A DNA stretch of 63,287 nt, counting the filler, from Octopus bimaculoides (lineage: Eukaryota), in the NCBI RefSeq assembly GCF_001194135.2. It is 6 parts of 5 records of this genome, joined end to end, with 100 filler letters (N's around TTAATTAATTAA, not from the genome) between each part and the next. Parts side by side here need not be neighbours in the genome. Positions count along the whole stretch, not along the records: positions 50,780 to 55,356 come from NC_069005.1; positions 55,457 to 63,287 come from NC_068994.1; 4 more parts are not named here. The stretch is one strand, 5' to 3'. Below, in pieces: positions 53,008 through 63,287 of this stretch; positions within the stretch are counted from its first letter, which is position 1, and every line of letters begins with the position of its first letter. The notes beneath the pieces were generated by a model. It was not told the origin of the DNA. It worked only from the letters and a program-made list of their open reading frames with translations, and did not search any database. The position numbers and the translations under genes are program-made.

Positions 53008-53163
53008 TAAACAACAATAATAATAATGATAATAATACCCAGATTCGAAATTTCTTTTAAATATAGAACTGAAACAGTAAAAGGTTGTCATAATAGTACT
53101 CTGAGTTTCGAATGTCGGGGCGAAGCTACGATGCATTCTCGTCGGCTATTAATGGCAACAGAC

Positions 53164-53196
<33 letters not shown>

Positions 53197-53198
<2 letters not shown>

Positions 53199-53835
53199 TA
53201 GCTGACGTATCCGGTAATTCCCGGGAAAGCGGGGCTTATCTCTTGGGTCCGTTCTTGTTATTGTTTCGCTAATCCAATAACAAAAATACTAAGTATGTAA
53301 AACGGTTTTTGTGCATTTATAGAGAATACCGAACTGTCTTACACAGGATCTTGTTTTTAGGAATTCCCAATAAGTTATGAATATTCAAATTGTGAAGTCA
53401 GTTATGTAATAACATGAAATTAGTTACCCAATAGTAAGAATTCAAATAAAGTTTAATGCGTTCCCAGAGTATATAGAACTTAGGAAGAAATACGAATAAG
53501 GTATGTATACTAAAATCGTGAAGCATGTTACGTAATAACAGGCTAATCAGATATGAGATAAAAATTCAAAGTAAATAACTCTGAAAAGAGCTTTTGTGCA
53601 TTCCCAGAGAATATTACCCTCTGGGATGCTAGTGTTGGTATATTCGTGAATAAGTCACTAACCGAAATAAGAGGAGCTATTGTTTAGGAAAATACTATTT
53701 ACTTGTTTAAGGGTTGTACTGGATGAATTGCGAAAATAGCTAATAGTTCAAATACTAAGAAATAAGCATACACAAATTCATTTTTATCAAATAATTTAGG
53801 AAAATGAATGGGTTATTTTCCTTGACTATATATAG
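53197..53835 (+). mobile_element. Helitron/DINE-1-like non-autonomous element (tentative)
   Basis: tactagctgacgtatccggtaattcccggg start, degenerate internal ~126-140 bp repeats, ctatatatag end. Confidence 0.4.
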
Positions 53836-53904
53836 GGATCCCTTCCACGGGCTCTATTATCGATTTTTTTCAACAATCTGAGTATGCCATGAGGTTTCCA
53901 GACA

Positions 53905-55010
53905 TGAGTTGAGAGAACATTTTGTAAAGAATAAGAGGATGTTTTGGAAAGAGGTACAGAGAGTAAGGAAGGTGGTTGGAGGAAGGGATGAAGGGTGAAG
54001 GATATAAATGAACATTTGTTGAAATTAAGTGAGGATGTATAAAGGAGACGGGCAGAGTATTTTAGTGAGCTGTTGAATGTGGAAGATGTTAGGGAGGCAA
54101 GTAATTTGAAGGGAGGAGGTGAGGGAATCCTTGCGGAAGATGACAAACCGAAAGGCGCCAGGTATAGATGAGTGTACAGTGGAATGCCTAAAGAAAGGAG
54201 GAGTGACAGTGATTGAATGGTTAGTGAGGTTTATGAATGTTTGTTATATGGCTAGAAGAGTACCAGAGGATTGGTGCAGTGCCTGTATAGTGCCATTGTA
54301 CAAGGGGAAAGGGGATAAATGTGAGTGTGGAAATCTTAGGGGTATAAGTCTGTTATGTGTGGTTGGCAAACTGTATGGGAGAATTCTGATTGTAAGGGTG
54401 AGGAACCAGACAGAGAATCTACTAGGGGAGGTGCAGTGCGGTTTTAGGAGTGGAAGGAGGTCTGCTGATCAGGTATTTGTAGTAAGGCAGATGTGTGAGA
54501 AGTTTTTGGCAAAAAGTGGGGATATGTATTTTGGGCATTAATGGACCTGGAGAAGGCATATGACCGTGTGGATAGGGATGCAATGTGGCAGGTGTTGCGG
54601 TTGTATGGAGTAGATGGTAGAGTGTTAAGAGCTGTACAGAGTTTCTATAGAAGAAGTAGGTTGTGCGTTAGAGGGGGTGGTGAAGTAAGTGAATGGTTTA
54701 ATGTGAAGGTGGGGTTACGAGAAGGTTGAGTGATGTCTCTGTGACTGTTTAATCTATAATTGGATGGTGTGGTGAGAGAGGTGAATGCTAGAACCTTTGG
54801 AGAGAAATGGCAGGTGAGTCAGTTGTTGTTTGCTGATGATACAGCACTGGTAGCGGATTCGGAAGAGCAACGGAGGAGACTAGTGATAGGGTTTGGAAGA
54901 GTGTGTACCAGAATGGATAGACGAATGTTGAGGTGGTTTGGCCACATGGAGAGGATGGATGAGGAGCGGATGGTAAGGAGCATAGGACGGGGCTCGCCTC
55001 TTTGAACTGG
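53905..55010 (+). mobile_element. RTE-clade LINE RT fragment with deletions
   Basis: NKRMFWKEV, KAPGIDE, VPEDWCSACIVPLYKGKGDKCECGNLRGISLL, QCGFRSGR..DQVF, MDLEKAYDRVDR, VGLREG, QLLFADDTALVADSEE, LRWFGHMERM. Confidence 0.9.
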
Positions 55011-55088
55011 AAAATGAATGGAATGCCTGGTGTGTGTCTTGTTGTGGCTATCCTATAGGGAATAGGCCTTGGTAAATAATATATATAT

Positions 55089-55302
55089 AAGAGCGCGGGT
55101 TACTAACCACAAGATTCCGAGTTTGATTCCAGGCAGTGACTTGAATAATAATAATAATAACACCGAAAAATACCTTAGGAATGAAAACTCAGGTTCGAAA
55201 TTTCCCCAAGACACCTGATGAAGGCTGGAGGGTATATCAACCGAAACGTTATGTTGACAAGATGAGGACAAATATCCGTCAATTGTAAATAATGTAAATA
55301 AT
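55089..55302 (+). mobile_element. Penelope terminal module A solo copy (partial tRNA head + AAT + HHR-like tail)
   Basis: aagagcgcgggttactaaccacaagattccgagtttgattccaggcagtgac-(aat)n-...ccccaagacacCTGATGAaggctg...ccGAAAcgtt. Confidence 0.85.
55210..55255 (+). ncRNA. Minimal type I hammerhead ribozyme-like motif
   Basis: Helix I GACAC/ATGTT, core CTGATGA + extra A, helix II GGCTG/CAACC (CAGCC in sister copies), GAAA, palindromic ACGT, site GTT; one mismatch each in helices I and II. Confidence 0.6.
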
Positions 55303-55318
55303 ATATGTGTGTGTGTGT

Positions 55319-55356
<38 letters not shown>

Positions 55357-55534
55357 NNNNNNNNNNNNNNNNNNNNNNNNNNNNNNNNNNNNNNNNNNNN
55401 TTAATTAATTAANNNNNNNNNNNNNNNNNNNNNNNNNNNNNNNNNNNNNNNNNNNNGAACGGATATCAACGAACTCGCGTCAACAGCGCTGAAGAAATTT
55501 CATATAACTACGTGCAAACATAAAGCTGTGTATG

Positions 55535-55628
<94 letters not shown>

Positions 55629-56111
55629 CACATACTCACACACACACATACATACATACATACATGCATGCATACATTCATGCATGCATACATACACACA
55701 TATACATACATATATGCAAATAGTAAATATGTATTTAGATATATTCATAATAAACGTATGTATATTTGTATGTAAATATATATGTATGTATACATATATG
55801 TGTGTATATATATGTGTGTGTGTGTATGTGCGTCTGTCTGTCTGTATATATACACATGTTTATGTATGTATATATATTTATATATACATATATATACATA
55901 TATATGTATGTATGTATATATATGTATATATATATATGCGTATATATATATTTGTATATATATATATATGTATATAGACAGTTAGATGCATACATACATA
56001 TAGACATGTATATTTACGTCTGTATGTTGCACTAAATGTTTCACAAGGCAGCATTTGCACACGAGTTAGATGTTGAATACTTCATTATGCATTGCAAACG
56101 TGGAATGTTTG

Positions 56112-56166
<55 letters not shown>

Positions 56167-56949
56167 NNNNNNNNNNNNNNNNNNNNNNNNNNNNNNNNNN
56201 NNNNNNNNNNNNNNNNNNNNNNNNNNNNNNNNNNNNNNNNNNNNNNNNNNNNNNNNNNNNNNNNNNNNNNNNNNNNNNNNNNNNNNNNNNNNNNNNNNNN
56301 NNNNNNNNNNNNNNNNNNNNNNNNNNNNNNNNNNNNNNNNNNNNNNNNNNNNNNNNNNNNNNNNNNNNNNNNNNNNNNNNNNNNNNNNNNNNNNNNNNNN
56401 NNNNNNNNNNNNNNNNNNNNNNNNNNNNNNNNNNNNNNNNNNNNNNNNNNNNNNNNNNNNNNNNNNNNNNNNNNNNNNNNNNNNNNNNNNNNNNNNNNNN
56501 NNNNNNNNNNNNNNNNNNNNNNNNNNNNNNNNNNNNNNNNNNNNNNNNNNNNNNNNNNNNNNNNNNNNNNNNNNNNNNNNNNNNNNNNNNNNNNNNNNNN
56601 NNNNNNNNNNNNNNNNNNNNNNNNNNNNNNNNNNNNNNNNNNNNNNNNNNNNNNNNNNNNNNNNNNNNNNNNNNNNNNNNNNNNNNNNNNNNNNNNNNNN
56701 NNNNNNNNNNNNNNNNNNNNNNNNNNNNNNNNNNNNNNNNNNNNNNNNNNNNNNNNNNNNNNNNNNNNNNNNNNNNNNNNNNNNNNNNNNNNNNNNNNNN
56801 NNNNNNNNNNNNNNNNNNNNNNNNNNNNNNNNNNNNNNNNNNNNNNNNNNNNNTATATATATATATATATATATATAGTTGCAACCAGGTTTGCTAACTT
56901 CAAGTATGTAAAACAAAACTCTGGTGTCTTTTATAAATATCTGTCCTGT

Positions 56950-57390
56950 CAACTTTTTCCTGAGAAAAGACTCCATCCGAAACGTTGGATTTTCTAGTCA
57001 TCACAAGATTATAGAGTTCAGTACTATACGCTCATTTTATCGATTTCTCTAAATAAAACAGAACTCTTTACTGTTAAAAACTATTTTACTTGTTCTTCAA
57101 AACATTTAATATACACCATCAAATGCAATGGGTGAAGAGAAGACTACATTGGACAAACTAAACTCACTTTAAGAATGAGATTAAATATTCATCATTGACA
57201 AATACGTGATCCTCAAGCTATACAAATTCCACTCAGTTAACATTTGAACACATGCGCGAAAACAAAATCGTCCAAATTTTTCTCCTACTATTCTAACAAA
57301 ATCGTCCAAATTTTTCTCCTACTATTCTAACAGGCCAAACAATAGTTAATAAGGAAAGTTCATTTATTATAAAATACAAACCACTACTGA
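56950..57390 (+). mobile_element. Second Penelope family: degenerate HHR-like motif plus GIY-YIG fragment
   Basis: cCTGAGAAaagactccatccGAAACGTTgg; SKHLIYTIKCNG*REDYIGQTKLTLRMRLNIHH*QIRDP..IPLS*HL; 34-bp tandem duplication 57261-57328. Confidence 0.7.
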
Positions 57391-57631
57391 ACAGACTATA
57401 AAAGCTTATTCGGTTCTCACTTTTCTATGAAATAATTATTGTAGAATGTCTGGTTTAACTTGTCCTTAAGAAAACCAAACTTCATGTAGCCGTTATCGTT
57501 TATCTTACTTACACACCTCGTTATCTTACTTACTCCTTGTTAACAAAGAAGGGATATTTTTAACGCGTTCAATGGGAGGGAACTAATACTAACTGATGAC
57601 ATTAATCAGCGACAGAATACAAATCAATAAT

Positions 57632-57663
<32 letters not shown>

Positions 57664-58615
57664 TGTATGTATGTATGTATGTATGTATGTATGTATGATT
57701 TTATTTACTATATGTACCCACATGGGGATTAACACATGCTTTAAAAAATTATTATTTCTTATATTTGTTTATGCCATGATTTTATTTACTCCACGTACCC
57801 AGACTTTGTGGACACCCNNNNNNNNNNNNNNNNNNNNNNNNNNNNNNNNNNNNNNNNNNNNNNNNNNNNNNNNNNNNNNNNNNNNNNNNNNNNNNNNNNN
57901 NNNNNNNNNNNNNNNNNNNNNNNNNNNNNNNNNNNNNNNNNNNNNNNNNNNNNNNNNNNNNNNNNNNNNNNNNNNNNNNNNNNNNNNNNNNNNNNNNNNN
58001 NNNNNNNNNNNNNNNNNNNNNNNNNNNNNNNNNNNNNNNNNNNNNNNNNNNNNNNNNNNNNNNNNNNNNNNNNNNNNNNNNNNNNNNNNNNNNNNNNNNN
58101 NNNNNNNNNNNNNNNNNNNNNNNNNNNNNNNNNNNNNNNNNNNNNNNNNNNNNNNNNNNNNNNNNNNNNNNNNNNNNNNNNNNNNNNNNNNNNNNNNNNN
58201 NNNNNNNNNNNNNNNNNNNNNNNNNNNNNNNNNNNNNNNNNNNNNNNNNNNNNNNNNNNNNNNNNNNNNNNNNNNNNNNNNNNNNNNNNNNNNNNNNNNN
58301 NNNNNNNNNNNNNNNNNNNNNNNNNNNNNNNNNNNNNNNNNNNNNNNNNNNNNNNNNNNNNNNNNNNNNNNNNNNNNNNNNNNNNNNNNNNNNNNNNNNN
58401 NNNNNNNNNNNNNNNNNNNNNNNNNNNNNNNNNNNNNNNNNNNNNNNNNNNNNNNNNNNNNNNNNNNNNNNNNNNNNNNNNNNNNNNNNNNNNNNNNNNN
58501 NNNNNNNNNNNNNNNNNNNNNNNNNNNNNNNNNNNNNNNNNNNNNNNNNNNNNNNNNNNNNNNNNNNNNNNNNNNNNNNNNNNNNNNNNNNNNNNNNNNN
58601 NNNNNNNNNNNNNNN

Positions 58616-58654
<39 letters not shown>

Positions 58655-58888
58655 AAGAGAGATGAAAAAGGAATAAATGATTATCTTATGAACTTCATTA
58701 GCTTACCGCTGTTTCTGGTATATAAGTTACGGTGGACTCATAGCTGAGACTCATCGGAGACTCGAATATGAAATGCAATTTCTTAAGGAGATAATTACAA
58801 TTGCGCCTATATAGGGAATGGCATCATCAATGGGAAAGTCAATACACATGTATATGAGAAAAGTGTATTCGAATATATATACACACAT

Positions 58889-58919
<31 letters not shown>

Positions 58920-58961
58920 TACAAATATACATATAAATGTATATGTATATATATATATATA

Positions 58962-59002
<41 letters not shown>

Positions 59003-59314
59003 ATATATATGTATGTATATGTATATGTTCAAAATATTATATGTATATAGGTCTAAAATATATATGTATGTATATAGGCGTTTATGTGTTACGCACGCGC
59101 GCGTGTGTGTGTGTGTGTGCGTGTGTGTTCGTGTGTGCATGTGTGTGTGTGTGTGTATGTGTGTCTGTGTGTATGTGTGTGTGTTGACATTTTACGAATT
59201 CAAAGAAATAACATCTATTATATGAAATTCTTGTATACATTTTTGCATTCAAATTTTCCTCACACGACTTCTTTTACGCACACGCACACAATAACATACG
59301 TAAATACTAACACA

Positions 59315-59365
<51 letters not shown>

Positions 59366-59962
59366 GTATGTATGCATGTATTTGTTCATAGAGATAAATA
59401 GATAGATAGATAGAGACATATATAATTCCATATATAACCATATATGTATATATACATATATATATACATATATATATATATGTATATATAAATAAATATT
59501 TGTGTTTGTATATATATATATATATATATATACTCACAAATATATATGTATATACTTACAAATATATATATATATACATATATATACATATAGGTATATA
59601 TATATATATGTGTATATAGACACACATAAGCAAACATGATACAGATAGCGACGATAACGAAATACAAATAACAGAATATCAAAAATGCTGTTATATTTAT
59701 AAAAAAAAAATCTGCATCTTTCTTTGTTCGAGCGCTTATATACGTCGGTATGTAAATATCTACCCAGAGACATACGCGCACACATGCATATGCATACACA
59801 TATACGTAAGATATACACATATCCGCACACGTATATCTATGCATATCTACACATATCTACAAACACGTTGAAATGACGCTGGTGGTTGTATGTCCAAAGA
59901 TGTAATGACGTAAGTTAGCTAACGAAATATAGATCACAGAAAGCTAATACACAGCTATGACA

Positions 59963-60006
<44 letters not shown>

Positions 60007-60169
60007 AGCTCACACACACACACTCACATGCACACACGTGTGTGCACTCACACGTACATATACCTACACACACATGCACATGTACTTGCGCACACACGCA
60101 CAAATATATATGTATACATACACATATAAAAACATAAAAATGTATACATATGCATACGTTTAAAAAGAC

Positions 60170-60247
<78 letters not shown>

Positions 60248-61392
60248 TCAGGCAGAAAGACAGATAGACTGAGAGGCAGATAGATAGAGAGATAGAGAGA
60301 TAGAGAGATAGATAGACAGATATATAGATATGCTTGTGCGCGTATGTGTATATATATATATGTTCGTAGATCGTATACCTATATACGTNNNNNNNNNNNN
60401 NNNNNNNNNNNNNNNNNNNNNNNNNNNNNNNNNNNNNNNNNNNNNNNNNNNNNNNNNNNNNNNNNNNNNNNNNNNNNNNNNNNNNNNNNNNNNNNNNNNN
60501 NNNNNNNNNNNNNNNNNNNNNNNNNNNNNNNNNNNNNNNNNNNNNNNNNNNNNNNNNNNNNNNNNNNNNNNNNNNNNNNNNNNNNNNNNNNNNNNNNNNN
60601 NNNNNNNNNNNNNNNNNNNNNNNNNNNNNNNNNNNNNNNNNNNNNNNNNNNNNNNNNNNNNNNNNNNNNNNNNNNNNNNNNNNNNNNNNNNNNNNNNNNN
60701 NNNNNNNNNNNNNNNNNNNNNNNNNNNNNNNNNNNNNNNNNNNNNNNNNNNNNNNNNNNNNNNNNNNNNNNNNNNNNNNNNNNNNNNNNNNNNNNNNNNN
60801 NNNNNNNNNNNNNNNNNNNNNNNNNNNNNNNNNNNNNNNNNNNNNNNNNNNNNNNNNNNNNNNNNNNNNNNNNNNNNNNNNNNNNNNNNNNNNNNNNNNN
60901 NNNNNNNNNNNNNNNNNNNNNNNNNNNNNNNNNNNNNNNNNNNNNNNNNNNNNNNNNNNNNNNNNNNNNNNNNNNNNNNNNNNNNNNNNNNNNNNNNNNN
61001 NNNNNNNNNNNNNNNNNNNNNNNNNNNNNNNNNNNNNNNNNNNNNNNNNNNNNNNNNNNNNNNNNNNNNNNNNNNNNNNNNNNNNNNNNNNNNNNNNNNN
61101 NNNNNNNNNNNNNNNNNNNNNNNNNNNNNNNNNNNNNNNNNNNNNNNNNNNNNNNNNNNNNNNNNNNNNNNNNNNNNNNNNNNNNNNNNNNNNNNNNNNN
61201 NNNNATACACTCACACAAACACACACATGCATGCTGACATATAAATGCATACGTATATATGTGCTTATACATATGCATACAGACACGCAAGTACTCATAC
61301 ACATGACATATTCATGTAGGTATGTGTGTATACATTCATACATACATACATACATACATACATACATACATACATACATACATACATACAAA

Positions 61393-61611
61393 ATGGCTGA
61401 CATCAGCACAATCGCCATTACCGGCGCCGCCACACCAGCAAAAGAGTTACAGTTCCATGAAGAAACATTCGACAACAAAAGACCACGCACACCCATTATC
61501 ATAGAAGATCACATGGGGTCACATGACAAATTTCCGCTGTATCTCTTTCATGGCGTTTCCAGCTCGTTCCACTTGAATAAGGAACATATCGTGCAGACAT
61601 ACTGTGCATAA
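61393..61611 (+). CDS. Candidate 72-aa small ORF
   Basis: ACAAAATGG context; MADISTIAITGAATPAKELQFHEETFDNKRPRTPIIIEDHMGSHDKF...; complex island among microsatellites; no homology recognised. Confidence 0.15.
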   Translation: MADISTIAITGAATPAKELQFHEETFDNKRPRTPIIIEDHMGSHDKFPLYLFHGVSSSFHLNKEHIVQTYCA

Positions 61612-62039
61612 TTATTATTGCAGTTGTTGTTGTTGTTCTTGTCTTTGTTGTTGTTGTTGTTGTTGTTGTTGTTGATGATGATTATGATAATGCTGTCGGA
61701 TGTGGGGTTTTGTTGTTGTTGTTGCTGATGTAACTGACGTAGTTGTCTTTGTATCTGGTATTGTTTTTATTGTTTGTTGGTTGTTGTTCTTGCTGCTGCT
61801 GTTGTTGTTGTTGTTGTTGTTGTTGTTGTCGTTGTTGTTGTTGTAGCTGTTGATATTCTAATATTACTATTGTTATTTTCGTTTAGGTTTTGTTGTTATT
61901 GTTGTTTGCTCTGTCGGTGTTGTTCCCTCTTGTTGGTCGGTTGGTCGGTCGGTTGGTTGGTTGGTTGGGTGGCTGGCTGTATCTTGCGTTTAGTATCATC
62001 TTTATTATAGCTGTTACTGTTGTTATCATTATTATCACC

Positions 62040-62055
62040 ACTACTTTTATTATTA

Positions 62056-62129
<74 letters not shown>

Positions 62130-62160
62130 GTTATTATTGTTATTATTATTATTGTTATTA

Positions 62161-62209
<49 letters not shown>

Positions 62210-62215
62210 CACAAT
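62040..62215. repeat. (ATT)n microsatellite
   Basis: Direct observation; TG, TA, TATG, AG, GATA and AAT tracts occur throughout the window, often at gap edges. Confidence 0.95.
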
Positions 62216-62379
62216 GTTGTTGTTGTTGTTGTTGTTGTTGTTCTTGATGTTTTTGTAGTTGTTGCTCTTTAATGCTAAATATGACTTTCATAAATGTTAC
62301 TAAACCTTGTTAATATTATCGATAACATTGTTATTTATTCATTTAACTATGATTACTTTTGCTATTATTAAATAATAGC

Positions 62380-62422
<43 letters not shown>

Positions 62423-62423
<1 letters not shown>

Positions 62424-62580
62424 TGGTTTCAAATTTTGGCACAAGGCCAGCAATTACGGGGGAAGGCGTAAGTCGATTAAGTCATCCTTGTGCTCAGCTC
62501 GTTCATATTTCATCGACCCCGAAAGGATGATAGTTAGAGTCGACCTCGGAGGAATTTGAACTCAGAACGTAAAGACGAAC
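62423..62580 (-). mobile_element. SINE S3 3' part
   Basis: tggtttcaaattttggcacaaggccagcaatt...gtcgacctcggaggaatttgaactcagaacgtaaag. Confidence 0.75.
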
Positions 62581-62626
62581 AAAATTCTCTTGGCACCATA
62601 CAGCCTTTCACCTTAATTATTCGAGA

Positions 62627-62785
62627 CATGGTTATGTGGTTAAGAAGCTCACCTTACAACCATGTGATTTCGAGTTCAGTCCCACTGGGTGACAACTTCA
62701 GCATGTTTTCTACTACAACTTTGGGCTGACCAAATGCGTTGTGAGTGAATTTAGCAAATAGTAAGTGTGTAGAAGCCCATCATGT
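62627..62785 (+). mobile_element. SINE S1/2 head half
   Basis: catggttatgtggttaagaagctc...gagttcagtcccactg...agaagcccatc. Confidence 0.65.
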
Positions 62786-63139
62786 GTGTATATATACATA
62801 TATATATATATGAGAAAATAGGGAAGTAATTAAGAAATTATTATTTATTAATTAAAAATTGACAAACACTCCTTAGCGCTATTTCAATTCCTGACCTTCA
62901 GAAAATTAATTAATTAAATTTTAAAAATTAAGGAATTATTTGAAAGTCGAATCTCTTCAGAGGTAGTTAAAGATATACAAAATAGGTGTTCAATTCCTGC
63001 ATGTTGAGTATTGAATGGAATGTTCAATATTCTTCGTATAGGTAACTAACCAGTACTTTCATAGGATTTTGCTATCCCTGAACGAGGTTTGTAACCTTTA
63101 ATTGAGCTTCTGATATATGTGTGTGTATATATGTGTTTT

Positions 63140-63287
63140 TCTCCTTGTCTCCGTATTCTTTCTGTTGAAGAGCGTAGCTCGAAACGTCAAAGACTTTCCG
63201 TATTCCCGAGCGTCATACTAATATATCCTTTTGTTATTTACACCACCTGTCCTCGTCTGTTGTTATTATTTGTATATTCTCCCATAT
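63140..63287 (+). mobile_element. Family-B Penelope-type tail
   Basis: Homologous to 43935-44100 and 18505-18590. Confidence 0.6.
63157..63193 (+). ncRNA. Hammerhead-like motif with non-canonical core
   Basis: TCTTT-CTGTTGA-A-GAGC gta GCTC-GAAA-C-GTC-AAAGA; helices I and II perfect, GUC site, core A6 replaced by T. Confidence 0.5.

Larger units (their letters stand above)
51257..53063 (+). mobile_element. Penelope-like element, 5'-truncated, with inverted terminal repeats
   Basis: RT + GIY-YIG coding remnants; ~140-bp inverted repeat 51383-51523 vs 52869-53008 with about 6 mismatches, covering the ORF end and tRNA-like head. Confidence 0.9.

Overview
AT-rich, microsatellite-saturated, gap-ridden eukaryotic DNA. 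The repeat families (tRNA-headed SINEs, RTE tails) look like those I associate with Octopus; this is inferred from recalled motifs, not a search. Five artificial 100-bp linkers (N44-TTAATTAATTAA-N44) show the window is six joined scaffold pieces, so adjacency across them is unsupported. I recognise no host gene, only weak splice-site-based exon candidates. Everything identifiable is mobile DNA: a 5'-truncated Penelope-like element (RT + GIY-YIG) with inverted terminal repeats, R4/Dong-like RLE retrotransposon fragments next to (TAA)n, RTE LINE fragments, mariner/Tc1/Tc3-like, hAT, piggyBac-like and Helitron-like elements, and many SINEs. The most interesting signal is the Penelope terminal module: a tRNA-derived Pol III-type head (A/B boxes), an (AAT)n linker and a minimal hammerhead-ribozyme (HHR) fold with a palindromic ACGT helix III. 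It recurs as truncated or inverted solo copies, and its linker appears to be invaded by Dong-like elements. A second repeat family carries the same fold with a non-canonical core (CYGTNGA). No HHR copy here is perfectly intact; activity is untested. No CRISPR, rRNA or bona fide tRNA is supported. Most repeat boundaries are approximate.
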